Assembly: GCA_965205125.1 (NCBI GenBank)
Contig: CBDBFY010000003.1
Span: 1,240,179-1,304,178 of the forward strand
Length of the DNA stretch: 64,000 bases
Direction: 5' to 3'
Source of the DNA: Phototrophicaceae bacterium
GTDB lineage: Bacteria > Chloroflexota > Anaerolineae > Aggregatilineales > Phototrophicaceae
The translations under genes and the position numbers were made by a program. The notes under the pieces were generated by a model that worked only from the letters and a program-made list of their open reading frames with translations, did no database searches and was not told where the DNA came from. This document shows positions 31,539 through 41,450 of the stretch, piece after piece (the stretch's first letter is position 1; each line of letters opens with the position of its first letter).

Positions 31539-34433
31539 CTATTCGTCGCCCTCATCATCCCGCCGCTTGCGCCGCCGCAACAGCTGATCGCCCAAATTCA
31601 CAACAACCGTTTCTTCCAACTTGAATTCCGGCTCCAGCGCATCCCGGCCTGCGGTCGATTTCGGGATCGCCGGCGCGACAGGCGAACCCGGCGGTGGCCT
31701 GTCGGGGCGGGGTGGACGGGGACGGAAATACGGGCCTTCCCCATATTGCGTCGCCGCGCGACCGCGTCCGCGCGCGCTGAATAGCGCCTGCATCTGCTGT
31801 GACCGCGTTTGGTCCAGCCCGCGCCCAGTCAGAAATGCCCGCAGCCGTTGCAAGTCGGTACGGGTGACAATCAATCGACGCACGGCGATATCGATCGGCA
31901 GCACCAGCAAGGCAAGCAGCACCAGCCGTTCCCAGATATCGGTCGCCGCTTGACGTTCGCCCAGATTATGCGCGAAGGCAGCCGCGGGCTCGTCGGCCAG
32001 GTTTCGTCCGCCGGTGATTTCCGCGATGTCCGCCAGGCTGCGCTCTTCATGAGGGCGTGAAACGTACTCCGGCGAGTAGGACATCACCCAGCCGTTGAGA
32101 TCGGTCAAGCTGGTCGCGCCCGCCTCCAATTGCGCTTCGCCGCTGACCGTTAGGAAATAAGCGCCTTCATTCTGGGGCGAGAAGGTCGCTTCATAGCGCC
32201 CGGGCGCCGTCTGCTGTAGCGGAATGCGCACGCTGCCCCCCGCCGGATTCAGCAGCGCGCCGCTCAACTGCAAGCCATCGAGAAACTGGCCCTCGTCATC
32301 GCGCGCGTCAACCAAGATCCGCGCCTTTTCGTTCTCCAGCGAAATGCGCGTCTCCAGGTTCTGGCTGGCGCCGGCGTTGATGCTCCAAGCCACCACCTGC
32401 CCCCAGAAGCGCGAGAAGTCCTCCCAGGGCACCCACTCATTCGCCCAGCGCGCGCTCGCGTCTGAAGTCCAGGCGACAACGCGTCCCAGCCCATATTGCC
32501 ACGAAGCCAGAATCGGATCAGAGTAGGGCTCGGGTCCGCTCAGGATCCGTTGGGCGGCGATCTTCGGCGTCGTCGCCACGTAACCGCGCAGTGGCGGCGT
32601 CTCCCCGATGCCATCAATGATCGCGCTGCTGCCGGTCACCCGCGGTCTGAAGCTCTCTTCGACAATGTACGAGCGCGAAGCCAGCACCGTCTCCTGGGCA
32701 AAAATCAGGGGAATCTGCTCAACATTTTCCACCGCATAAAAGTTGCCGCCGCCGGCCTCCGCCATCGGTTGCAGCATCCCGCCAGGATTGCGCCCAATCG
32801 CGATTGCCGAAAGTGTGACCTTGAATCGCTCGTGCAGCAGTTCCGTCAATTCCACCAAACCGGTCGGGCTCGCGCCGCCATCCGTCAGCAAAATCAAGTG
32901 CTTGATCTGCGACGGTTCCTCGACGATGTCGCGCTGCACCAGCCTTAAGCCCGCCAGAATATCGGTGCCGCCACCGGAGCGAATTGTGTTGGTCATCGCG
33001 ATCAGCGCCTGCGCGTCATTCACCTGCTGGAAGGGCGCCACCCAGGCGCCACCAGTGTCAAAGGTGCCGATGGCGACGCGGTCGGAGGGCTGCAGCAACT
33101 CGAGCGAAAGTACAATCGCGCGCTTCGCCAATTCCAGGTTGGGCACGCCGCTGCGCCCGATCTGCCCCATGCTGCCGGAGCGGTCGATCAGATAAGCGAT
33201 GGTCAATTGCGGCAATCGCTTCTGGTCCTTGATTTGCATTTCCACCGGCAGGGTGCGCTCCAGCGGCGTCTGATAATAGCCGCCCGGCGCATAGCTCTGC
33301 GGCCCGCCGATCACCACCAAGCCGCCGCCAATATCGCTGACGAATTGATCCAGCAAGCTCATCTGCGCCCCACTCAGGTCGGTCGCCGGCACATTCGCCA
33401 AGATGACACATTTATAGTGCGCCAAGCGCCCCATGTTTACCGGCAGCTCCCCCGGCTCGGCGGTATCGACAATAATGCCCGCCTGCTCCAGCGCCGGCAG
33501 CAGGTGTTCCGCCTCCGATGGATCCGACCGAATCAAAAGCACGCGCGCCGGACCCACCACTTGGCTGAAGGCGCCTAGTTGATTATTTTGCGTGAAATTG
33601 TCGTTCTCGCCTGGCACGACGATCTGCGCTGAAAAATCGAGAAAGCCGCTGTTTTCGCTCGTCTGCGTCAAGCTGAAGCGCGTATCGCCCGCTTGCAGAT
33701 TCAGCGATTCTTCATGAATCAGTTCCCCGCCAGAGAATACCAGCAGCTCCGCCGGACCCCCCTGTTCCGCATGAATCCCCACGGAAATATCGAAACTTTG
33801 GTTCTCGGAGACGCGCCCCGGCGCATCCAAAGCCGTGATGCGCACATCGGGCTCCGCCTCGCGGAAGAATGGCGCATAGCTGATTTCGACGCCGGCGACA
33901 GCCGCCCGCTGCGCCCGCGCGATAGCATCCCCCTGTGTCGCCTGGCCGTCGCTCAGCACCACCATCCGGCGCGAAGCATCCGGCGGAAACATCGACAGAC
34001 CCGTCTGGATCGCGTTGGCGATATCGGTGCCGCTGGTCAGCGGAATCGACGAGAAGCCATCAATCTCACGCGCCATGCTGAAGTCGGTTTCGGGCACGGC
34101 ATTGTCGCCGAAGAGCAGCGCCGCCCATTCATCATCCGGCTGCTTGGCTTTGATCGCCTCGCGGATGAATTCCAGCTGCAAGTCTTCGCTTCCGCTGCCC
34201 ATGCTGTCCGACGTGTCAACGAGGAAGACCACCGCCAGCCGATCAACCGCCTGCACAGTCTGCAATCCAGCCAGCGCCAAGACGAGCAACACAATAATCA
34301 ATGTGCGCAGAATCAGACTGGAAATATCGCGCCAGCGCCGGTAGGCATGCCGCGGAAAGCCAATCGCCCAAACAATGGGCAAGAGCAGAAGAAACAGAAG
34401 CGCGACATAAGGAGCAGTGAGCTGCACAGCCAA
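31539..34433 (-). CDS. Large membrane protein with BatA-like N-terminus, two von Willebrand A domains and a GATase1-like (DUF1355-like) domain
   Basis: The N-terminus has two TM helices. VVFLVDTSDSMG and IAYLIDRSGSMG are MIDAS motifs. The central part reads VILANVPATDL...GGGLVVIGG. A C-terminal TM helix and Arg/Pro-rich tail follow. TTG start. Confidence 0.8.
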   Translation of the reverse strand: MAVQLTAPYVALLFLLLLPIVWAIGFPRHAYRRWRDISSLILRTLIIVLLVLALAGLQTVQAVDRLAVVFLVDTSDSMGSGSEDLQLEFIREAIKAKQPDDEWAALLFGDNAVPETDFSMAREIDGFSSIPLTSGTDIANAIQTGLSMFPPDASRRMVVLSDGQATQGDAIARAQRAAVAGVEISYAPFFREAEPDVRITALDAPGRVSENQSFDISVGIHAEQGGPAELLVFSGGELIHEESLNLQAGDTRFSLTQTSENSGFLDFSAQIVVPGENDNFTQNNQLGAFSQVVGPARVLLIRSDPSEAEHLLPALEQAGIIVDTAEPGELPVNMGRLAHYKCVILANVPATDLSGAQMSLLDQFVSDIGGGLVVIGGPQSYAPGGYYQTPLERTLPVEMQIKDQKRLPQLTIAYLIDRSGSMGQIGRSGVPNLELAKRAIVLSLELLQPSDRVAIGTFDTGGAWVAPFQQVNDAQALIAMTNTIRSGGGTDILAGLRLVQRDIVEEPSQIKHLILLTDGGASPTGLVELTELLHERFKVTLSAIAIGRNPGGMLQPMAEAGGGNFYAVENVEQIPLIFAQETVLASRSYIVEESFRPRVTGSSAIIDGIGETPPLRGYVATTPKIAAQRILSGPEPYSDPILASWQYGLGRVVAWTSDASARWANEWVPWEDFSRFWGQVVAWSINAGASQNLETRISLENEKARILVDARDDEGQFLDGLQLSGALLNPAGGSVRIPLQQTAPGRYEATFSPQNEGAYFLTVSGEAQLEAGATSLTDLNGWVMSYSPEYVSRPHEERSLADIAEITGGRNLADEPAAAFAHNLGERQAATDIWERLVLLALLVLPIDIAVRRLIVTRTDLQRLRAFLTGRGLDQTRSQQMQALFSARGRGRAATQYGEGPYFRPRPPRPDRPPPGSPVAPAIPKSTAGRDALEPEFKLEETVVVNLGDQLLRRRKRRDDEGDE

Positions 34434-34630
34434 TCCAGGTCAGCTATCAAGACTTGCCGAAGCCAAGCGGCTTCACCCTCGATTGTAGCGATTAGACTCT
34501 TGAGTTGACAGGGTGGACGGCCGTGAGCCTGTGGAGGATATCCAGCGCGTCGTCCGAGGCAGTTAAGGCTTTACTCTGCGCCCGCTCTTGCGGCGCGCCG
34601 TCATATTCCATCCTTAAACGCGTCGAAAAC

Positions 34631-34696
34631 TGTAGGGGCGACTCTGTGAGTCGCCCGTCGAAGCGCAAAACTGTAGGGGCGACCCTTGGGTCGCCC
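34631..34696 (+). repeat. REP doublet, near-identical to the doublet at 16991..17058
   Basis: tgtaggggcgactctgtgagtcgccc (34631-34656) and tgtaggggcgacccttgggtcgccc (34672-34696). Confidence 0.85.
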
Positions 34697-34805
34697 GACG
34701 AAGCGCAAAATAATCCAGCATTCGCGACTATATACTTCTCGCCGAAACTGTCCTGTCGTCAGCTCTTTACGGCGGTGGGGGTTTGCCGCCCGCAGCGGCT
34801 CGCAA

Positions 34806-36194
34806 CTACACCCTCGTGATCTGTTTCCGCAACTGCTGCACGCGCGAAGCCAGCAGCGCGTCCAACTCGATCTCGGCTTCGATCTTGTTGCAGCCATGCA
34901 AGACCGTCGTATGGCTGCGCCCGAAAACATCGCCGATCTGCGGCAGCGAGGACTCCGTCATCTCCCGCGCCAGAAACATCGCCACCTGCCGCGCGTGATT
35001 GATTCGCGCCATTCGCTTCTTGCCTTTCAGCGTCTCGCTGTCCAGGTTGAAGGCAGCCGCGATCACGTCAATGATGTGGCTCACCGTGATCTGCTCGGCC
35101 GGTTTCTCATAGCGGTTCAAGGTGGCTTCCGCCCGCTTTACGCTCAGCCCCCCGCCGCCATTGATGCGCAGCCGCGCCGCAATCTGATTGAACAAGCCAT
35201 TCAACTCGCGAATGCAGGTCGACGAGCGCTCGGCGATCACGTGCAAGACCTTTGTCGGCACCTGGATGTCCCGTTCCCGCGCCCACAATTCCATAATCGC
35301 GATCCGCGTTTCCAATTCCGGCGGCCCGATATCGGCGACCAGTCCGCCCTGAAAGCGCGACCGCAAGCGATCTTCCAGCGTCGACAGCTCGCGCGGATGA
35401 CGATCGGAAGCCAGCACGATCTGTCGGTTGAAATTCACCAGCGTATTGAAAGTGTGGAAAAACTCTTCCTGTGTTGTGTCCTTGCCACGGATGAACTGAA
35501 TATCATCAACGAGAAGCACATCGACCGAGCGATACTTTTCGCGAAACATCGGTGAACTGCGGTTGCGAATCGCATGCACCAAGTCATTGGTAAACGCTTC
35601 CGACGAAACGTATAAGACGCGAAGACCCCGCTCCTGGCAGCTATTGGCGATCGCGTGCAGCAAATGCGTCTTGCCAATGCCGACCCCGCCATAAACGAGA
35701 AAGGGATTGTAGACCGTTGCCGGGTGCTCGGCGACCGCGCGCGCCGCTTCCGTCGCCAGGTGATTGGAGTCGTTGACGATGAATCGATCGAATACCATGC
35801 GCGGGTTGATCGCGCTCTCCGGCGGCTCAACCGCCTTTGACTGCCGCGCATCATCGCGCAACGCCGGACCGGGCTCGCTGGATTGCCGCGCCATAAGCTT
35901 GAATAGCGGCATCTCCGCTTCCCTGTCTTGCGGCTCGGGCTGACGATGCTGTACACGGAAGGCCACATCCACCGCGCTTCCCGTCACCTCGCAGAGCGCG
36001 TCCTTGACATCGCTATGCAGCCGATGCGCCAACATATCAAATACATGGCTGTCGGGCACGCCAACAACAAAGGTATCGTTCTCATAGCGCAAGAAACTCG
36101 CCGGGCGCAGCCAGGTCTCAAAACTGGCGCGATCCCAACGCCGCTTCATCAATTCCGCCGCCGCCTTCCAGCTTGCGCGCGCATCTTTCGCCAT
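34806..36194 (-). CDS. dnaA: Chromosomal replication initiator protein DnaA
   Basis: GGVGIGKTHLLHAI (Walker A), LLVDDIQF (Walker B), and a C-terminal DNA-binding domain (HTTVLHGCNKI). The ATG at 36194 is preceded by GGAGA. Alternative starts lie at 36209 and 36263. Confidence 0.93.
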   Translation of the reverse strand: MAKDARASWKAAAELMKRRWDRASFETWLRPASFLRYENDTFVVGVPDSHVFDMLAHRLHSDVKDALCEVTGSAVDVAFRVQHRQPEPQDREAEMPLFKLMARQSSEPGPALRDDARQSKAVEPPESAINPRMVFDRFIVNDSNHLATEAARAVAEHPATVYNPFLVYGGVGIGKTHLLHAIANSCQERGLRVLYVSSEAFTNDLVHAIRNRSSPMFREKYRSVDVLLVDDIQFIRGKDTTQEEFFHTFNTLVNFNRQIVLASDRHPRELSTLEDRLRSRFQGGLVADIGPPELETRIAIMELWARERDIQVPTKVLHVIAERSSTCIRELNGLFNQIAARLRINGGGGLSVKRAEATLNRYEKPAEQITVSHIIDVIAAAFNLDSETLKGKKRMARINHARQVAMFLAREMTESSLPQIGDVFGRSHTTVLHGCNKIEAEIELDALLASRVQQLRKQITRV

Positions 36195-36263
36195 GGTGAA
36201 GGTCTCCATGATTCTCCAAGGTCGCGCTGGCCTCTCTTCGAGTCGGTGCAACGCGCAAGGCAA

Positions 36264-37034
36264 CAGCCTCGCCTTGGCTTCTGACGCAATTGTGATTGAA
36301 TTGGGTGCGTCCGCCTTCTGTTATGCAGTTGACCGGGGTGTTTGCCAACTGCAACAACTCACCAGAATCGCGGACTGTCTTACTGCGGCCTGCGAGCTAT
36401 CATTGCCCCTTCGCGCAACTTGCATCATTTAACGCGAGGCGCGAACGCAATAGTCGCAGGTTCAATTAGTATAATCGATAGCCACTCGCGCCTCAACCAG
36501 AACGCGAAGCAATCACGAAAATTTAAGCTTGGGATTTCTCGCGCCATGCTTTGGGATAAATCAGACCACGCTTGGCATGAGATTTCTGCGCGCATTTTGT
36601 GATAAACGACCAACTTGTCTGCTATGCCGCTTGTTTTTCCCAGATATCCCATGCTGCTCCCCTTCAATGATCGCTTCGATTACCGAACAACGCGCGGAAC
36701 ATCGCGACTGCCCGCTCCTTATATTCGCATCCTGTTCCGATCAATTGCAGTTTCTTGGGATATTTGTAAACTCGCCATCGGCTGCCCGCGCCTGCCCGCC
36801 ACCAGCAGACTGACTTAAACAATTATCTCGAAATCAAAGACGAGCCTTAACCCAAATGAACGCTTTCATAACTACAAACCAATGTGTTTGTGTTTGACTA
36901 ATGCACAGTTACTGCTCAAAACCCTTGATTTTACTCAATATTGGGCAATTGCTAGACATATCGTCGATTAGGATGTAAAATCTTGTTAATCTGATTAGGA
37001 TTGCTCAGTGAGCGTTTTTCCTAGAGGGGGATGA
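36264..37034. other. AT-rich non-coding region between dnaA and spoVS-like gene; candidate oriC / dnaA promoter region
   Basis: 770 bp with no convincing ORF and visibly lower GC. Genes diverge from it on both sides. It contains phased TTGGGAT repeats but no exact TTATCCACA box. Confidence 0.35.
36529..36578 (+). promoter_or_regulatory. Three phased direct repeats of TTGG(G/C)AT at 22 and 21 bp spacing
   Basis: TTGGGAT at 36529-36535, TTGGGAT at 36551-36557 and TTGGCAT at 36572-36578. Further copies lie at 36644-36651 (inverted) and 36755-36763. Confidence 0.5.
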
Positions 37035-37376
37035 ATGTCCGAATACGAAAGCCATGTGTCCTTGTCAGATTCATACCTGGATGACGAGGATGCATTCGCG
37101 GAAGACGGACCGGATATTATCAAGGTATCAGCCCGTTCGCGTTCTACCGCGGTTGCTGGCGCCATCGCTGGCGTCATGCGCCAACATCACGGGGCCGAAG
37201 TTCAAGCGATCGGCGCTGGCGCGGTCAATCAAGCGGTGAAGGCTCTGGCAATCGCGCGTGGTTACCTGGAACGCGATGAAATGGACATCGTTACAACGCC
37301 GTATTTCACCGAAGTTGATATAGACGGGCAGGAACGAACGGCAGTGCGTTTTCGCGTGGAGCCGCGGCCCGAATAG
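37035..37376 (+). CDS. spoVS: SpoVS-family protein with ~25-aa acidic N-terminal extension
   Basis: IKVSARSRSTAVAGAIAGVMRQHHGAEVQAIGAGAVNQAVKALAIARGYL...TAVRFRVEPR is collinear with Bacillus SpoVS. Confidence 0.85.
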   Translation: MSEYESHVSLSDSYLDDEDAFAEDGPDIIKVSARSRSTAVAGAIAGVMRQHHGAEVQAIGAGAVNQAVKALAIARGYLERDEMDIVTTPYFTEVDIDGQERTAVRFRVEPRPE

Positions 37377-37412
37377 CCTCCAGGGCGTCTTCAAGATCAA
37401 TGACGGCAGAAT

Positions 37413-37438
37413 GTGGATACGACGTATCCGCTTTTTTG
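37413..37438 (+). terminator. Rho-independent terminator after the spoVS-like gene
   Basis: Stem ggatac (37415-37420) pairs with gtatcc (37424-37429) across a 3-nt loop, followed by gcTTTTTTg. Confidence 0.6.
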
Positions 37439-37603
37439 TATGCGCCGCCGAACATTCTCCTCGCCAAACGCAAGCCGATAATCCGCGCGCGCAATCCTGC
37501 AATGATCGTTCTGCTCCGCATATTTCCTCCAACCCTATCGCGGCTGTTCAGCGCCGCAATCCCGCCGAGCGCGCCTCTGACCTTTCCGCAGTTGGGCAGC
37601 CGC

Positions 37604-37612
37604 TGCTATAAT
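37604..37612 (+). promoter_or_regulatory. Extended -10 promoter element (TGcTATAAT) upstream of tkt
   Basis: tgctataat lies 41 nt upstream of the tkt TTG start. AGGAG RBS at 37641-37645. Confidence 0.4.
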
Positions 37613-37652
37613 GCCCGCGCTATAACATGGCAGAAATTACAGGAGTGATCCC

Positions 37653-39653
37653 TTGTCCGAATTGACCCAACTTGTGATCAATACCATCCGCACGCTATCG
37701 ATGGATGCGGTGCAACAAGCCAATAGCGGGCACCCCGGTCTGCCGATGGGGGCGGCGCCATTTGCCTACAGCCTGTGGCTGAACCACATGCGCCACAACC
37801 CGCGCAACCCCGGCTGGCATAACCGCGATCGATTCGTGCTCAGCGCCGGGCACGGCTCGATGCTCCTTTATGCGCTCCTCTATCTGACCGGCTACGATGT
37901 CACGCTCGACGACATCAAGCGCTTCCGGCAATGGGGCAGCAATACGCCCGGCCATCCCGAATTTGGCGATACCGCCGGCGTCGAAACAACCACCGGACCC
38001 TTGGGGCAAGGCGCGGCGACCGCGGTCGGCATGGCGCTGGCTGAGGCATTCCTCGCCAATTACTTCAATCGTCCCGGGCATGACATCGTCGATCACTATA
38101 CCTACGTTCTGGTCAGCGATGGCGATCTGATGGAAGGCGTCTGCCTCGAAGCTGCCGCTCTCGCCGGACATTGGGGCTTGGGAAAACTCATCTTTCTCTA
38201 TGACGACAACGAAATCACGCTCGATGGCGCCGCCAATATGACCTTTACCGAAGATGTCGCCGGTCGCTTTCGGGCGATGGGCTGGGCGGTCAGCCGCGTC
38301 AGCGACGGCAACGATCTCGCCGCGATTAATGATGCGCTCGAAGAAGCGAAATCCGGCTCCAATCAACCCAGCCTGATCGCCATTCGCACCATCATCGGCT
38401 ATGGCAGCCCCAACAAAGGCGGCACCAGCAGCGCCCACGGCAGCCCCCTGGGCGACGAAGAAGTCGCGCTGGCCAAGCAAACCCTCGGCTGGAGCGCGGG
38501 CGAACGCTTCCATATTCCCGGCGACGCTCTCGAGCATTTCCGCGGCGCCATCGACACTGGCGCGGCCGCCGAAGCGGAATGGACAAGGCGCTTCGCCTCC
38601 TGGCGCGCCGCCTACCCAGCGCTGGCGGAAGACTGGGATCGCGCGATGGCGGGCGAATTCGCCCCCGGCTGGCGCGACGCGCTGCCAAGTTACCAAGCCG
38701 GCGGCTCCATCGCCACACGCAGCGCTGGCGGCGAGGCGCTGAATGCACTCGCCCAGTATGCGCCAACCATGATCGGCGGCGATGCCGACTTGGCCGGCAG
38801 CACGAAAACGTTAATTAAAGGCGCGGAAAACACCGGTCCCAATCAGGCCGCGGCGCGCAATCTGCGCTTCGGCGTCCGTGAACACGGCATGGGCGCCATC
38901 GTCAACGGGCTGGCGCTGCACGGCGGCATCGTCAAACCATACAGCGCCACATTCTTCACCTTCAGCGATTATATGCGCCCGGCAATCCGCCTCGGCGCCC
39001 TGATGGACATCCCCACCGTTTACGTTTTCACTCACGACAGCATTGGCTTGGGCGAAGACGGGCCCACCCATCAGCCCGTCGAACAACTGATGTCCCTGCG
39101 CGCCATGCCCAATCTCCACGTCTTCCGCCCCGCCGACGCCACCGAAACAGCCGGCGCCTGGGCCGCGATCGCTGTGTTGGATCACCCCGCCGCCATCGTG
39201 CTCAGCCGACAGGACCTGCCTGTGCTCGCCGGCAATGATGAAGGCATCCACGAAGGCGTCTCCCGTGGCGCTTACGTCCTCTCCGAACATGAATCCGGCG
39301 ATATTGACGCCATCCTCTTGGCAACCGGCAGCGAAGTCTCGATTGCCTTGGATGCCGCGGGCTTGCTGGAAGAAGCCGATATCCGCGCGCGCGTCGTCTC
39401 CCTGCCCTGCTGGGAGCTCTTCGAGGCGCAAGATGATCACTACAGAGAGAGCGTCTTGCCCGCCGCCGTCACCTGCCGCGTCAGCATAGAAGCCGGCGCC
39501 ACTCTCGGCTGGACCCGGTACATCGGCGACGGCGGCATCGCCATTGGCGTCGATCGCTTCGGCGCCAGCGCCCCCTACACGCGCATCTACGAAGAATACG
39601 GTCTAACGCCCGGGCACGTGGCCGAGGCAGTCCAAGCGCGCCTGGCTGGCTGA
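37653..39653 (+). CDS. tkt: Transketolase
   Basis: 666 aa. [39 protein letters not shown] (the ThDP motif) and [16 protein letters not shown]. Confidence 0.95.
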   Translation: MSELTQLVINTIRTLSMDAVQQANSGHPGLPMGAAPFAYSLWLNHMRHNPRNPGWHNRDRFVLSAGHGSMLLYALLYLTGYDVTLDDIKRFRQWGSNTPGHPEFGDTAGVETTTGPLGQGAATAVGMALAEAFLANYFNRPGHDIVDHYTYVLVSDGDLMEGVCLEAAALAGHWGLGKLIFLYDDNEITLDGAANMTFTEDVAGRFRAMGWAVSRVSDGNDLAAINDALEEAKSGSNQPSLIAIRTIIGYGSPNKGGTSSAHGSPLGDEEVALAKQTLGWSAGERFHIPGDALEHFRGAIDTGAAAEAEWTRRFASWRAAYPALAEDWDRAMAGEFAPGWRDALPSYQAGGSIATRSAGGEALNALAQYAPTMIGGDADLAGSTKTLIKGAENTGPNQAAARNLRFGVREHGMGAIVNGLALHGGIVKPYSATFFTFSDYMRPAIRLGALMDIPTVYVFTHDSIGLGEDGPTHQPVEQLMSLRAMPNLHVFRPADATETAGAWAAIAVLDHPAAIVLSRQDLPVLAGNDEGIHEGVSRGAYVLSEHESGDIDAILLATGSEVSIALDAAGLLEEADIRARVVSLPCWELFEAQDDHYRESVLPAAVTCRVSIEAGATLGWTRYIGDGGIAIGVDRFGASAPYTRIYEEYGLTPGHVAEAVQARLAG

Positions 39654-39671
39654 CGTATTTCGAGGTTATCA

Positions 39672-40448
39672 ATGTCCGCGACGCCGCCAAAGGTCATTGT
39701 CGTTCTGCCGACCTACAACGAGCGCGAGAATATCACGCGCATCGTGCCGGCGCTATTCGCTCTGGAAATCCCCAACTTTCTCCTCTTGGTCGTCGACGAT
39801 AACTCGCCCGACGGCACGGGCAAAATCGCGGAAGAACTCGGCGAAGCAGCGGCATACAAAGGCCGGCTCCATGTTCTGCATCGCGCGGAAAAACAGGGCT
39901 TGGGTCCCGCCTATATCCAGGGATTCAAACAGGCGCTGACGCTTGGCGCTGATCTTGTCATCCAGATGGATGCCGACCTTTCCCACCAGCCCAAGTACAT
40001 CCCGCTAATGCTGGAAAAGGCGCGCCAATTTGACATGGTCATCGGCTCTCGCTATGCCGACGGCGGCAGCGTCGACGCCGGCTGGGGACCTCTGCGCAGG
40101 CTGCTCAGTTGGTGGGCGAATCGCGTCTATACGCCCGCTATTCTAAGCGTTCCCATCCGCGACGCCACCGGCGGATTCCGCATCTACCAGCGGGAATGCC
40201 TCATCGGCATGGATTTGGACCAAGTCAAGGCGAATGGCTACGTCTTCATGGTCGAGCTGGCATTTGTGGCGCACCGCCTCGCCTACCGCATTGGCGAGAT
40301 ACCGATCCACTTTCCCGATCGGCAGCATGGCCTTTCCAAGATGTCCGGCACGATCGCCTTTGAAGCGGCTCTGCGCGTCTGGCAGATCAAGCTGCGCCAC
40401 CGTACTCTGAAACCATCAGACCGCCGCTCGGCAGATTACGACGCATAG
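39672..40448 (+). CDS. GT2 polyprenyl-phosphate sugar synthase (polyprenol monophosphomannose synthase / DPM1-like)
   Basis: VVLPTYNERENI, LLVVDDNSPDGT and QMDADLSHQP (the DxD region), with soluble GT-A length. Confidence 0.85.
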   Translation: MSATPPKVIVVLPTYNERENITRIVPALFALEIPNFLLLVVDDNSPDGTGKIAEELGEAAAYKGRLHVLHRAEKQGLGPAYIQGFKQALTLGADLVIQMDADLSHQPKYIPLMLEKARQFDMVIGSRYADGGSVDAGWGPLRRLLSWWANRVYTPAILSVPIRDATGGFRIYQRECLIGMDLDQVKANGYVFMVELAFVAHRLAYRIGEIPIHFPDRQHGLSKMSGTIAFEAALRVWQIKLRHRTLKPSDRRSADYDA

Positions 40449-40495
40449 CTGCGCGCAGGGTCCTTTCACCGAAACGCCCGCCAAAACACAAATGT

Positions 40496-40600
40496 TGTAG
40501 GGGCGAGCCATTGGGTCGCCCGCTCAATCGAACTTGTTGGGCCAACCTGTCACGTCGCCCGCCACGGCGAAACCTGTAGGGGCGACCTATCAGGTCGCCC
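40496..40600 (+). repeat. Cluster of three REP units (the middle one degenerate)
   Basis: tgtaggggcgagccattgggtcgccc (40496-40521), tgttgggccaacctgtcacgtcgccc (40535-40560) and tgtaggggcgacctatcaggtcgccc (40575-40600). Confidence 0.8.
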
Positions 40601-40621
40601 GCTCGCTGCACAACCTCGCCG

Positions 40622-41278
40622 CTAAAGGCTATCCGCCGCCCATAGCAGCCCGCGCCGCACAATCTCGCGCGCCGCCGGCACATCAAAATCTCCGACTACG
40701 TGACCCAGCGAGCTGTAAAATATCTTGCCTTTGCCGTAATAGCGCGTCCACACCACCGGCATCACGCATCCTTCAATCCAGGGGGCGTGGTCTCCGCTGA
40801 AGGTGGTCGTCGCCAGCACCTCATTCGACGGGTCGGTGTGCAAGTAATACTGTTCCGAATGCATATCGAAATCGGGAATGCCCGCGGTGATCGGATGCTC
40901 TTGGTCGTCGACGTTGACACGATAATCGATGATGTTGCCGGGATGCGCCACCCACTGCCCGCCGACCATGAACTGATACTCGGTATTATTGCGGAAGGCG
41001 TCAGCCATGCCGCCATGCCAGCCGCCGACATTGACGCCGCGCTCCCGCACTGCGTTAAGAAGACCCGCTTCCTGCTCATTGCTGATGCTGCTCATCGTGT
41101 TGATCGGCGTCACCATATCCACCGACGCCATCAGCTCTTCATCGAGAAAACTGTCCAGCGTCTCCGACAAGGTGACGTCAATGCCCGCCTCTTCCAGCAA
41201 TCCAGCGAACAAATGCGTGGTCTCCTTCGGGTCATGCCCGGCCCAGCCGCCGTACACCATCAGTACCTTCTTGCTCAT
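40622..41278 (-). CDS. ThuA-domain protein (GATase1-like, trehalose-utilisation family)
   Basis: [19 protein letters not shown] and FYSSLGH motifs in a ThuA-length (218 aa) protein. Confidence 0.8.
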   Translation of the reverse strand: MSKKVLMVYGGWAGHDPKETTHLFAGLLEEAGIDVTLSETLDSFLDEELMASVDMVTPINTMSSISNEQEAGLLNAVRERGVNVGGWHGGMADAFRNNTEYQFMVGGQWVAHPGNIIDYRVNVDDQEHPITAGIPDFDMHSEQYYLHTDPSNEVLATTTFSGDHAPWIEGCVMPVVWTRYYGKGKIFYSSLGHVVGDFDVPAAREIVRRGLLWAADSL

Positions 41279-41450
41279 GCGCTTCCTGCCTTTTTTGTAA
41301 CTCCTTTGCCTGTAGCGTAAATATACCCGCTATTCCGCTTCTTTCACAGTCGCGACACGGGTCCTGCCATATACCCTATCCGCTAAAGAAGTTGTCTGTA
41401 GAGGCGCGCCGGCATATTAGCACGTACAAGATCCGTCTCAACCAAGGCGG

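Noticed and set aside
28988-31545. CTATTCG at both borders of the R-M island as a possible target-site duplication
   Set aside because: Both copies are just stop codons (cta on the minus strand) plus the last sense codons of the flanking minus-strand genes. A 7-nt match is likely coincidental.
36598-36606. tgtgataaa as a DnaA box
   Set aside because: It matches TGTGGATAA only after a deletion or mismatch, and it is a single occurrence. That is not enough to call it a box.
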